Shown here one piece after another: positions 19,957-29,374 of a stretch of 64,000 nt of DNA (its first letter is position 1; every line of letters begins with the position of its first letter). The stretch is from assembly GCA_025057015.1 (NCBI GenBank), contig JANWYG010000022.1:26864-90863 (forward strand), written 5' to 3'. The translations under genes and the position numbers were made by a program. The notes under the pieces were generated by a model. That model did not search any database, had not been told where the DNA came from, and was given only the letters and a program-made list of their open reading frames with translations. The DNA comes from Blastocatellia bacterium (GTDB lineage Bacteria > Acidobacteriota > Blastocatellia > Chloracidobacteriales > JADJPF01).

Positions 19957-21057
19957 ATGCCTTTTCCTAATATCGATCCTATACCTTTACCTGCTCCGGT
20001 TTGGCTTTTTAAAGTACTACATATGGTCACTCTATCTTTGCACTTCGTGGCCGTGAATTTGCTGATAGGAGGGCTGCTGTTAGCTACGGTGTGGAATCTT
20101 GTGGCCAAGAGCAAAAAAGCCCAAGCAGAAGCTGCAAAAGCAATAGCGATCAGACTGCCTATAGTTATGACCTACGTGATAAATCTCGGGGTACCTCCGC
20201 TGCTGTTTGCACAGGTACTCTATGGGCGGGCGCTTTATACAAGCAGCATACTGATAGGGCTTTACTGGATAGGGGTAATACTTCTGCTGATGTTTGGCTA
20301 CTACTTATTGTACCAAGTTGCGAAGAGGGCTGAGGAAGGGAAGACTTGGTGGTGGTTATCGCTCGTATCTCTGCTCGTTATTTCTTACATAGCTAGGATA
20401 TATACTGCGAACATGACTTTGATGTTACGTCCTGAAGTATGGCTGGAAATGTATCGCAGCAGTGCCATAGGAGCGCAGATGCCCACCGGGGATCCTACAG
20501 TGCTGCCGCGCTGGTTGATGATGATGGTTAGTTCGTTGACCTTAACAGGAGTTGCCGTAACAGTACTTGCTGCATCTTCGAAGAGTCTATCGCTTGAAGC
20601 AAAGAATTTGTTAAGGAGTTGGGGTGCGGCGGTAGCACTGATCTGCCTAATTGCAGAAGCTGCTATAGGCTTATGGTTATGGCAGGTGCAACCGGCCAAG
20701 GTAGTCGAGTTGCTTTTAGGCTCAAAGTATCTTTATGGAGTCTATCTTTGGTGGGGAAGCCTGCTTTTACTAGCTTTGTTAGTTATATGGACAAAGTTAA
20801 GAGAAGGAGCTTTACCTGCAGCGGTATCTGCTTTAGCGGCTGTTGTCAGTGTTAGCGCTGCGGTGGTTCTTAGAGATGGTATACGAGATATGACGTTGCT
20901 GGTGAAGGGTCTTGACGTGTGGCAGCAGCCAGTGGTGTCTAGTTGGTCAGTAGTGGCGTTGTTTTTAGGACTATTTATTGCGGGACTAGCTGTCGTGGGT
21001 TGGATGATCAGTCTTGCCATAGGAGTGGCTAGGAAAGGAGTTGAACAAAATGTCTGA
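19957..21057 (+). CDS. Polytopic membrane protein, CydA'-like partner of a cytochrome bd-type oxidase
   Basis: About 9 TM helices, LHFVAVNLLIGG, INLGVPPLLF.Q; first gene of the Rieske/cyt b/CydA-c operon. Confidence 0.65.
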   Translation: MPFPNIDPIPLPAPVWLFKVLHMVTLSLHFVAVNLLIGGLLLATVWNLVAKSKKAQAEAAKAIAIRLPIVMTYVINLGVPPLLFAQVLYGRALYTSSILIGLYWIGVILLLMFGYYLLYQVAKRAEEGKTWWWLSLVSLLVISYIARIYTANMTLMLRPEVWLEMYRSSAIGAQMPTGDPTVLPRWLMMMVSSLTLTGVAVTVLAASSKSLSLEAKNLLRSWGAAVALICLIAEAAIGLWLWQVQPAKVVELLLGSKYLYGVYLWWGSLLLLALLVIWTKLREGALPAAVSALAAVVSVSAAVVLRDGIRDMTLLVKGLDVWQQPVVSSWSVVALFLGLFIAGLAVVGWMISLAIGVARKGVEQNV

Positions 21058-21529
21058 GTTTGTTAAGGAGCAAGAGGCTATCGAGCAAGAAACTGTTATG
21101 CGCCGCACGTTTATCAGACTTGGCATAGGTGCTATGGCTACTGGATATGCTGCGGCGATAGGCTATCCGATATATGCATATCTTTCGACACCAGCTAAGC
21201 GGGCTGCTGAAGCTGGTTCTATAACAGAAGTCAGGCTTGAAGGAGCTGCAAAATTGCCTGCTGGTTCGGCTATGGTTTTTAAGTTTGGTCACAAGCCAGC
21301 GTTGCTGATACACCATAGGGATGGCAGGTGGGTAGCGATGGATGCTGTCTGTACTCATCTAGGATGTACTGTTCAGTATGAAACTGACAATAACAGGGTG
21401 TTCTGCGCTTGTCATGGTGGAGTATATGACGCTGTGACGGGAGAGAACATCTCAGGGCCGCCGCCCAAACCTTTATCGGTATACAGAGTGGAGGTGAAAG
21501 ATGCAAACGTCGTTGTGGCGAAGTCGTAA
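21050..21529 (+). CDS. Rieske 2Fe-2S subunit of a quinol:cytochrome c oxidoreductase
   Basis: Tat motif RRTFI, CTHLGC and CACHGG boxes, GPPPKPL; ATG 21050 with AGGAG RBS. Confidence 0.95.
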   Translation: MSEFVKEQEAIEQETVMRRTFIRLGIGAMATGYAAAIGYPIYAYLSTPAKRAAEAGSITEVRLEGAAKLPAGSAMVFKFGHKPALLIHHRDGRWVAMDAVCTHLGCTVQYETDNNRVFCACHGGVYDAVTGENISGPPPKPLSVYRVEVKDANVVVAKS

Positions 21530-22592
21530 GGTCTTGGTTTGGCTGGATGAACGATTAGCGCTAACAGAGCTGCTTGAATATGCACGACACAAGACCGTTC
21601 CCGAGCACAAGCATTCGTTTTGGTACTATTGGGGTGGTATATCGATGTTTTTCTTTCTGATACAGGTCTTTACGGGCGTGTTGCTGATGGTTTATTACCG
21701 TCCTGGAGCCGAGAGCTACGAATCGGTGCGTGAGATAACTTATGACATACGTTTTGGTTGGTTGATACGCTCAGCGCATTCTTGGTCGGCAAATCTGATG
21801 GTACTGGCAGTATTCATACATATGTTTTCTGTGTTTTTCATGAAAGCATATCGCAAGCCGCGTGAGTTTGGTTGGTGGAGCGGACTAGCACTACTTGCAC
21901 TGACAATGACGTTTGGTTTCAGCGGATATTTGCTGCCTATGGATGAGTTAGCTTATTTTGCAACCAAGGTAGGTCTGGAGCTACCGGCATCTTTACCTCT
22001 GGTAGGCAAGTTCATAAACGACGTGGTACGTGGAGGGCCGGAAGTTGGTTCGGTGACGATACAGAGATTTTTTGCGCTGCATGTAGTCGTATTGCCGCTA
22101 ATTTTTATACCTGTACTGGCGTTTCATCTATGGCTGGTACAAAAACATGGCAATGCCCTACCACCTAGCGAGGAACAAAAGCCGATAGCTGAGCGTAGGT
22201 CTATACCTTTTTTTCCGGACTTCTTCTCGAAGGATTTAGCTATGTGGTTAGTAGCGTTGAATGTATTAGCGATACTTGCGTCGCTTTACCCTTGGCAGCT
22301 TGGCCCTCAGGCTGATCCGCTAGCACCTGCTCCGGCTGGCATACATCCCGAATGGTACTTTATGAGCCAGTTCCAACTGCTAAAGCTCTTCGGACGATGG
22401 TTTCCTGGAGTCACGGGCGAAGTACTAGGTCTAGTGTTTTTCACATTGATTCTGCTGCTATGGGCGATTGTTCCTCTATATGACACAGGCACCGCTGCTG
22501 GCCGCCGTGCTAAAGTTGCAACTTGGTTCGGCATAACGGTACTTGCTTTGTTGATCGTCACTACAATCTGGGGTTATTGGGAGGTGTTATGA
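21501..22592 (+). CDS. Cytochrome b (N- and C-terminal domains fused)
   Basis: RSAHSW..FIHM and FALH..AFHL heme ligands, SGYLLP, HPEWY. Confidence 0.95.
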   Translation: MQTSLWRSRKVLVWLDERLALTELLEYARHKTVPEHKHSFWYYWGGISMFFFLIQVFTGVLLMVYYRPGAESYESVREITYDIRFGWLIRSAHSWSANLMVLAVFIHMFSVFFMKAYRKPREFGWWSGLALLALTMTFGFSGYLLPMDELAYFATKVGLELPASLPLVGKFINDVVRGGPEVGSVTIQRFFALHVVVLPLIFIPVLAFHLWLVQKHGNALPPSEEQKPIAERRSIPFFPDFFSKDLAMWLVALNVLAILASLYPWQLGPQADPLAPAPAGIHPEWYFMSQFQLLKLFGRWFPGVTGEVLGLVFFTLILLLWAIVPLYDTGTAAGRRAKVATWFGITVLALLIVTTIWGYWEVL

Positions 22593-23974
22593 ACTATCCG
22601 TTTTGGGATGTACCTTTAATAGGCAGTGGCTGGGTAATCGGAACTATAGCGATATTCCATGTAGTGATATCTCATTTTGCGATAGGAGGAGGTTTTTATC
22701 TTCCTATTGCTGAACGTAAGGCTTTAGCTGAAGGCCGAGCTGACTGGATGGAGATCTTACGCAATCACTCTAGATTTTTTCTGATACTAACAGGAGTGTT
22801 TGGAGCGGTTTCTGGGGTTGGTATATGGTTTTCGATAGGGCTAGCACATCCTGAAGCCACAAGCACGCTGATACACAACTTCGTCTTCGCTTGGGCGATA
22901 GAATGGGTCTTTTTCGTAGTTGAGCTTACAGCTGCTGCGGTCTACTACTATACTTGGGGCAAGCTTGACAGTAGGACGCACTTAAAGGTAGGTTGGGTTT
23001 ATGCTCTCTCTTCTTGGATGAGTTTAGTCATAATCAATGGCATACTTACATTTATGCTGACACCTGGTGAGCGATGGCTGTCAGTTGCTGGTAGCGGCAA
23101 TGAGGCTAGTGCTTTCTGGAGTGCTTTTTTCAACCCTACCTACTGGCCGAGTTTATTTTTACGTACCTTGGTTATGATATCGCTTGCTGGCATATTTGCG
23201 TTGTTTACAGCTGCTGCAATAGATGGTTATGAGCGACCTCAGTTGAAAACTGAGATAGTGCGATGGTCTAGCCGGTGGTTGGTGCCGTCTTTCGTTCTAA
23301 TGCCGTTTTTCTTTGCTTGGTATTTGTTCAGTGTACCGGAGAGTCAGCGGCAGCTGCTCCAGCTTGGAATTTCGACGATAGGCCAAGGGACGTTCACACA
23401 AGTAACGAGGGCGGCTTTAGTTTCGGTGATGACTTCGGCAACGATAGTAGCTATAGTCTATTTTGTGGCTTACAAGCAGGCACGTAGCTTTAGCAGGGGT
23501 TGGGCTTGGACGATATTGCTTTTGGCGGTAGCGGCGACTGCTGCTACCGAGCAGGCTAGGGAAATGCTGCGCAAGCCATACGTGATCGGCAACCATATGT
23601 ACTCGAACGGGATACGTACGAGCGAGGTTGCCAGTTTCAATGAGGCTGGGTATCTGACCAACTCGATATGGTTGCGTGAGGATGAACGCAGGAGCCTGCA
23701 AGATGGTGGGAGTAGGCTTGCTGCCGGTGAACTGATCTTTAGAGGCCAGTGCGCTTCGTGCCACACTAGAGATGGCTATCGCAGCATGCGGCGGCTGTTG
23801 CAGGGTCGGAACAGACAAGCGATAGAAAACCTGCTCGGAGTATTGCATAGGAGCGAAGCTAATTCTACGTATCGTTTCATGCCGCCGCTAGTAGGTAGCA
23901 AGCAAGAGATAGAAGCTCTAGCGGACTATTTGGAAAATATGGTAACTGAACCGGTGCGTACGGCGGGGCTTTAG
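22589..23974 (+). CDS. Cytochrome bd subunit I (CydA)-like protein fused to a C-terminal cytochrome c
   Basis: HVVISHF, GAVSGVGIWF, WAIEWVFF..E, REMLRKPY; CASCH and FMPP; ATGA overlap at 22589 with GGAGG RBS. Confidence 0.88.
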   Translation: MNYPFWDVPLIGSGWVIGTIAIFHVVISHFAIGGGFYLPIAERKALAEGRADWMEILRNHSRFFLILTGVFGAVSGVGIWFSIGLAHPEATSTLIHNFVFAWAIEWVFFVVELTAAAVYYYTWGKLDSRTHLKVGWVYALSSWMSLVIINGILTFMLTPGERWLSVAGSGNEASAFWSAFFNPTYWPSLFLRTLVMISLAGIFALFTAAAIDGYERPQLKTEIVRWSSRWLVPSFVLMPFFFAWYLFSVPESQRQLLQLGISTIGQGTFTQVTRAALVSVMTSATIVAIVYFVAYKQARSFSRGWAWTILLLAVAATAATEQAREMLRKPYVIGNHMYSNGIRTSEVASFNEAGYLTNSIWLREDERRSLQDGGSRLAAGELIFRGQCASCHTRDGYRSMRRLLQGRNRQAIENLLGVLHRSEANSTYRFMPPLVGSKQEIEALADYLENMVTEPVRTAGL

Positions 23975-23995
23975 AGCTTTGTCGAAGTAGGCTAG

Positions 23996-24026
23996 ATCGG
24001 CGCAGTAGATTGCGCCGATATTTTTT
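23996..24026 (+). terminator. Rho-independent terminator of the respiratory operon
   Basis: ATCGGCGCA-gtagat-TGCGCCGAT 9-bp stem followed by ATTTTTT. Confidence 0.8.
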
Positions 24027-24109
24027 CAAGGCGGTAACAACTGCCTGTGAGAGCTTTGTTAGGACGGGCAAAGACTTCATTATACTCTGGTTTGAGGCAG
24101 GAGTGGTAG

Positions 24110-25174
24110 GTGTCTGGGGTATTTTTTCTGTTGTTGCTTTTTATGCCGACAGGTAGCTATGTTGAGCAACTGCTGAGTGACTCGTTGGGAGGCATAGCGC
24201 CTAAGAGCAAACCTCAAAAGCTCGACGAGATGCCTGACGCTGAGATATTTTCTGAGTTCGGCGCGATCGAGGGCTACAGGCAGTCTTTTGGGTCAACGGA
24301 AGTTCGCATCTATCTTATGGAGAATGCTAGTAAAGCTTATGGCCTTTATACTTTCTATCGTAATCCCAAAGCTGACGAACCAGGATTTACCTTACACGGT
24401 GACCTTGCTCCTACTATGGCGAAGTATACGTTAGGCCGGTGGTACGTAGAAGTAGAAGGTGTGCGAGCGAAGGGCATAGCTGAAGAGCTCTATGAAAAGT
24501 TGAACAGGCATTACCGAGCACATATGTCCCAAGAACAACTAGAGGCCGAGCGAAAGCTGCCTATGGTGGTACGCAGCTTACCTTTTGAAGGATTGAAGCC
24601 GCGCACCATAAGATACGTGCTAGGACCTAAGGCGCTTGAGCGGCTTCTGGGAGACTCTGTTTCGCAGTATGATTTCTATCCGGATTCAGGATCTGAGTTT
24701 GCTCTTGCAGAATACGAGTCGGATTCGGGGAAAGGTAGGTTGCTTCTGATAGAGTATCACACACCGCAGCAGGCAAAAGCTGCGTTTGAGCGGTTGAAGG
24801 ATTACCGAAGAGGCAGCGAATTTCTCGTTGAGCGTGAGGGCAACTACGTGATAGAACTCTCTGGGCCTGTTGGCAAAAGTGTCGCTGATGCTGTCGAGTA
24901 CAATTATACGATAAAGTGGTTGGACTATAGGCAACCTGGGCCAAGTTGGGCTTCAGAAGCTGCTAAGACGGCTCAGATACTGGTCAGCGTTGTCAGCATT
25001 ATCGGCATAGGTCTTCTGGTGTCAGTGATCTGTGGCGTAGGGTTAGGGTTTGTCATATTTCAGATACGGCGACGTCGACCGAGCTACGCGCATACGTTTT
25101 CTGATGCTGGTGGTATGATACGTTTGAACATAGTTGATGAGCTGGTGATGGAGCGCAGGCAAAGACAGCAATGA
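24110..25174 (+). CDS. Exported protein with C-terminal TM anchor (possibly DUF6599-like)
   Basis: Signal-like N-terminus, A..AYGLYT motif, TM near the C-terminus, FSDAGGMIRLN tail. Confidence 0.7.
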   Translation: MSGVFFLLLLFMPTGSYVEQLLSDSLGGIAPKSKPQKLDEMPDAEIFSEFGAIEGYRQSFGSTEVRIYLMENASKAYGLYTFYRNPKADEPGFTLHGDLAPTMAKYTLGRWYVEVEGVRAKGIAEELYEKLNRHYRAHMSQEQLEAERKLPMVVRSLPFEGLKPRTIRYVLGPKALERLLGDSVSQYDFYPDSGSEFALAEYESDSGKGRLLLIEYHTPQQAKAAFERLKDYRRGSEFLVEREGNYVIELSGPVGKSVADAVEYNYTIKWLDYRQPGPSWASEAAKTAQILVSVVSIIGIGLLVSVICGVGLGFVIFQIRRRRPSYAHTFSDAGGMIRLNIVDELVMERRQRQQ

Positions 25175-26187
25175 ATGATTTGGCGGAACTGAAGTCGGTA
25201 GTAGAGCAGCAGTCAGCTATAGTTGCGCAGTTGATGGCACAGATTCGGCGGCGGATTATTGGTCAGGCTACGTTGTTGGAGAGAATGTTGATTGGTGTAC
25301 TGACCGGCGGACATATCCTGCTTGAAGGAGTTCCGGGGCTTGCCAAGACTTTAGCCGTAAAGACGTTGGCAGAGTCTTTAGACCTAAGCTTTAGAAGGGT
25401 ACAGTTTACACCGGACTTACTACCTGCTGACCTGATAGGGACTATGGTCTATGACCGCAGGACGGGTGACTTTGTAGCTAGAAAAGGTCCGATTTTCGCA
25501 AACATTATACTTGCCGATGAGATCAACCGTGCCCCGGCAAAGGTGCAGAGTGCTTTGTTAGAGGCGATGCAGGAGCGACAAGTGACGATAGGCGATAGCA
25601 GCTACATCTTACCCGAACCATTCCTAGTATTAGCTACTCAGAATCCTATAGAGCAAGAGGGGACATATCAACTACCGGAAGCCCAGGTAGATCGTTTTAT
25701 GCTGAAAGTGCGAGTGGACTATCCTGCACGTCACGAAGAGCGCAAGATGATGGATCTTCTGCTAGTTCAGGAAAGCGCCAGTGGAGAGGCAGCCGTGGCT
25801 GAGGCGATAAATGTCGAGCGGGTACTGTCGTGGCAGCAGCTGAGGCAGTTACGCTCTACGGTGAACAGGATATATGTTGACGAGCGGATTAGGGATTACT
25901 GTTTGGATTTGGTTATGGCGACGCGTAAGCCAGCTGAGTATAAGATGAAGGAATTGGCCCAGTTTATACGCTATGGGGCTTCGCCACGGGCTAGTGTATA
26001 TCTGGTGGTTGCTTCTAGAACGCTTGCTTATCTCAGGAGTAGGGCGTACGTTATTCCGGAAGACGTGAAGGCGATATGTGCAGACGTACTGCGACATCGC
26101 ATATGTCTGTCTTATGAGGCCGAAGCGGAACAAGTGACTCAAGACGACATTATCAAAAAACTGCTAGAACGTGTACCGGTGCCGTAG
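25171..26187 (+). CDS. moxR: MoxR-family AAA+ ATPase
   Basis: LEGVPGLAKT, QFTPDLLPAD, ADEINRAPAKVQSALLEAM, ATQNPIEQEGTY, GASPRA. Confidence 0.95.
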   Translation: MNDLAELKSVVEQQSAIVAQLMAQIRRRIIGQATLLERMLIGVLTGGHILLEGVPGLAKTLAVKTLAESLDLSFRRVQFTPDLLPADLIGTMVYDRRTGDFVARKGPIFANIILADEINRAPAKVQSALLEAMQERQVTIGDSSYILPEPFLVLATQNPIEQEGTYQLPEAQVDRFMLKVRVDYPARHEERKMMDLLLVQESASGEAAVAEAINVERVLSWQQLRQLRSTVNRIYVDERIRDYCLDLVMATRKPAEYKMKELAQFIRYGASPRASVYLVVASRTLAYLRSRAYVIPEDVKAICADVLRHRICLSYEAEAEQVTQDDIIKKLLERVPVP

Positions 26188-27069
26188 GTGCTCTCTTCAG
26201 AAATCATTAGTAAGATAAGGTTATTTGAGGTGCGTAGTCGCCGTTTGATGAAAGCAGGTTTTGCTGGCGAATATCGCAGCGTCTTTCGCGGTCGCGGAAT
26301 AGAGTTTGACGAGGTTAGGCCTTATGAGCCGGGTGATGATGTGCGGTTGATAGACTGGAATGTTTCGGCGCGTACGGGTGAACTTTATATTAAGAAGCAC
26401 GTAGAGGAACGTGAGCAAACCGTACTGCTAGTTGTAGATCTTTCTGGTTCACAGGAGTTTGCCTCCTTTGCTCGTACGAAGCGCGAGGTTGCAGCTGAGA
26501 TATGTTGTGTTTTGGGTATAGCTGCGGCATCTAATAACGACCGTGTCGGACTTTTGATTTTCACAGACTTAGTCGAGCACTATGTGCCTCCGCAAAGAGG
26601 CATAAGGCATGCCCTTCGGGCAGTGAGAGACCTTATTTTAGCGACACCGAAGAGCCGCAAGACGAATTTAAGTGTGGCTTTAGGATACATAAGGCGTGTA
26701 CTGCGCCGAACGGCGGTCATATTTATCTTGTCAGACTTTCTTTGTGCTGGTTTTGAGAAGGAGCTAAGGGTGCTGGCCAGACACCATGACGTAGTAGCTA
26801 TAAGACTGCAAGATCCAATAGAAAAATTGTTTCCAAAAGCTGGAATCGTGGCGATAGAAGACGCTGAGACAGGAGAGGCAGTGTTTATCGACAGTTCTGA
26901 CAAGGGATTTCGCAGCCGTTTAGCTGAAGAGTTAGAAAAGCAGGAAGGTTACCTTAGAAGACTTTTTGCCGGCTTGTCAATAGACTATCTATCCCTTTCC
27001 ACGGCTGAGTCTTATGAGTCGGCACTTAGGCGGCTGCTTTTGCTAAGGTCGCAAAAAATGTCACATTAG
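26188..27069 (+). CDS. DUF58 protein
   Basis: GEYRSVFRGRGIEFDEVRPYEPGDDVRLIDWNV, ILSDF. Confidence 0.93.
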   Translation: MLSSEIISKIRLFEVRSRRLMKAGFAGEYRSVFRGRGIEFDEVRPYEPGDDVRLIDWNVSARTGELYIKKHVEEREQTVLLVVDLSGSQEFASFARTKREVAAEICCVLGIAAASNNDRVGLLIFTDLVEHYVPPQRGIRHALRAVRDLILATPKSRKTNLSVALGYIRRVLRRTAVIFILSDFLCAGFEKELRVLARHHDVVAIRLQDPIEKLFPKAGIVAIEDAETGEAVFIDSSDKGFRSRLAEELEKQEGYLRRLFAGLSIDYLSLSTAESYESALRRLLLLRSQKMSH

Positions 27070-27084
27070 TGTTAATATTCTTGT

Positions 27085-27489
27085 ATGTTTTGTCCAAACT
27101 GTGGAGTAGAAAACGAGCGGGCGGACTATTGCCGCAAGTGCAACACAAATCTTGCTCTCGTCTCTAAGTTTATACGTAGCAACGACTCGGTCTTGCAACG
27201 CAGCCGGCTACTTACTAGGACTGGTCTTGTAGGCATAGTGATTTCTGAAGGCGTTGCATGGACGTTAGCGGCCTTGCTACTGTTTGTGGTTCTAATACTT
27301 ACTGGCACGGTGCTCTTGCCAAGGGAACCTTCTACTACGAGAGATATAGTCTATGCGTCGGTCATTTTGGTTCTGCTTATTCTTCTGTGCGGAGTTCCGT
27401 TGCTGCTCGGCCTGGTGCTGATACTAAAGGACCTGACATATACGCCAAAGTCTCCTAATGCCAGGGGATTACAGAATAAGCCCGAATGA
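27085..27489 (+). CDS. Zinc-ribbon protein with two TM helices
   Basis: MFCPNCG...YCRKCNTNL followed by two hydrophobic segments. Confidence 0.75.
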   Translation: MFCPNCGVENERADYCRKCNTNLALVSKFIRSNDSVLQRSRLLTRTGLVGIVISEGVAWTLAALLLFVVLILTGTVLLPREPSTTRDIVYASVILVLLILLCGVPLLLGLVLILKDLTYTPKSPNARGLQNKPE

Positions 27490-28379
27490 AAAGGCTAGTT
27501 ATTGCCTGGATTCTGCTTGCAAGCAACTCGATTTTTGCTGCGGAGCTAGTCTCTACGAGGCTGTTGCATGGCGAAAGAGTTTTAATAGGTGACCTCGTAG
27601 TGCTTGAAGTATTGGTACGGCACGAATGGGATAAGCAGTATACGCTACATATAGACCGACGAGGACTGGTCGGACTAGAGATAGGAAGAGACCTAGAGGT
27701 AAAAATTGTTTCTGATGAAGGTCGGTATATCGTTACTAGCTATCGTCTTAGGCTAATTCCTTTTGTTACTGGGCAGGTACCGTTGCCACCGTTTGTCATA
27801 GAAGGTCAAGGCGAGAGGTTGCAGACACCTGCACTTAAGCTCGAAGTCTCTGCTGTTACAGAACCCCAGGCGTTCGAGATAAAGGATGTCAGATTGCTGC
27901 CGTCGCCACCTACAGAAAGCAAGCTAGGAGTCAGTATCGCAGTACCAGTGTTTTTCTCAATACTGCTATATTTGGCGCTGCATTATACAACTCGGCTGCC
28001 GAATAGACCGCTTGCAGATTCCGTTTTGCCAGCTTCAGACTTGAAACCCGAGGATGAGGCTATAAGTAGGATACGTGCTTTGTTATCTACTGAGACTGAT
28101 GTCAAGATGTTCCACGTGGAACTTTCTGCTGTGATGAGTTGGTACGTGGCCAAACGCTTTTCATGCCCGGCACAGGAGTGGACTACTACGGAAATTTTGC
28201 ACTATTCTGAGGGTATGGGACTACCGCCGCTTTTGCGTGACGTGTATTCCGAAGTATTGCCGCAGTGTGATCTAGTGAAGTTTGCCTGCGTACGTCCAGA
28301 ACGTTCTGTCTATGAAGGTATGGCCTATCGGGTCATCGATCTATTTACCGCACTAGGAGTGCTGCGTGAAGGTGAGTAG
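27486..28379 (+). CDS. BatD-like / Bat-operon membrane protein
   Basis: Signal peptide, Ig-like region, IKD, TM helix, TT.EI, DLVKFA motifs. Confidence 0.75.
   Translation: MKRLVIAWILLASNSIFAAELVSTRLLHGERVLIGDLVVLEVLVRHEWDKQYTLHIDRRGLVGLEIGRDLEVKIVSDEGRYIVTSYRLRLIPFVTGQVPLPPFVIEGQGERLQTPALKLEVSAVTEPQAFEIKDVRLLPSPPTESKLGVSIAVPVFFSILLYLALHYTTRLPNRPLADSVLPASDLKPEDEAISRIRALLSTETDVKMFHVELSAVMSWYVAKRFSCPAQEWTTTEILHYSEGMGLPPLLRDVYSEVLPQCDLVKFACVRPERSVYEGMAYRVIDLFTALGVLREGE
28108..28123. promoter_or_regulatory. Intragenic parS-like site (15/16 match)
   Basis: TGTTCCACGTGGAACT, encoding MFHVEL. Confidence 0.7.
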
Positions 28380-28381
28380 GG

Positions 28382-29374
28382 ATGCGCTTCGAGTATCCAT
28401 GGGTACTGCTACTGCTTACGTTGAACTTTCCGCTAGCGTTTCTTCTAGGTTCAAAGGCTAGATTACGTCTTCCTAGTACTACGGCTATTTCTAGAACTGT
28501 AGGCAAGAGCCTCAGGTTAAAACTCGCCCGTTACAGGCCGTTTCTTCAGTTGCTCGTGTTTAGCTTGATAGTAATAGCTCTTGCTAGGCCACAGACGCTG
28601 CGGCAAGTCGAACAGGTCAAAGCAGAGGTGATAGACATCATCATAACCTTAGACATCTCGCTGAGCATGGGAGCGCGAGACTTTGGCACAGAAACAAGGC
28701 TAGAAGTTGCAAAGCGCTTGCTTGATGATTTTGTAGCAAGGCGCAAAGGTGACAGGTTAGGTCTGATAACTTTCGCCGCTTATAGTCAACTGCGCTGCCC
28801 ATTGACGCTCGATCATGAGGTGCTCCGGCAAGTGCTTTCTGAAGTGGAGCTAGTTGATCGCGAGGATCTGGAGGCCAACGGTACTGCTATAGGACTGGCT
28901 ATATCGAGCGGGGTGGATCACCTAAGGCATTCTGCCACGAAGAGTCGCATTCTAGTCTTGTTGACCGATGGAGACAACAACATTTCTACCGTAGAGCCAG
29001 AAACAGCTGCTGAGGTTGCACGCGTCATGGGTGTGAAAGTCTATGCCGTAGGCATAGGAAGCCAAGATTTTGTAGAGATGCCAAGCACTGATCCTGCCGA
29101 TCCAGTCGGAACTTATAAGTTACAGCGAGCAGGCTTTAATGAGGAGCTGCTTAAGACAATAGCGGCTATCACTTCTGGAAAATATTTTCCAGCAGCCGAT
29201 TCTAACTCGCTTGAGGGCGTGCTTGCTGAAATAGATAATCTCGAACGAACGAAAATGGAGCTCGAGCGGTACGAACATTACGGCGAACGGTATACCGTAT
29301 TTGTTTTCCTGGCTACCGGGTTATTGCTGCTGGATCTGCTGCTTGAACACACCTACTTGAGGGTACTGCCGTAG
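28382..29374 (+). CDS. batA: BatA-like vWA domain protein
   Basis: ALARPQ, DISLSM (MIDAS), DRLGL..F, PLTLD, GTAIG, LTDG. Confidence 0.88.
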   Translation: MRFEYPWVLLLLTLNFPLAFLLGSKARLRLPSTTAISRTVGKSLRLKLARYRPFLQLLVFSLIVIALARPQTLRQVEQVKAEVIDIIITLDISLSMGARDFGTETRLEVAKRLLDDFVARRKGDRLGLITFAAYSQLRCPLTLDHEVLRQVLSEVELVDREDLEANGTAIGLAISSGVDHLRHSATKSRILVLLTDGDNNISTVEPETAAEVARVMGVKVYAVGIGSQDFVEMPSTDPADPVGTYKLQRAGFNEELLKTIAAITSGKYFPAADSNSLEGVLAEIDNLERTKMELERYEHYGERYTVFVFLATGLLLLDLLLEHTYLRVLP

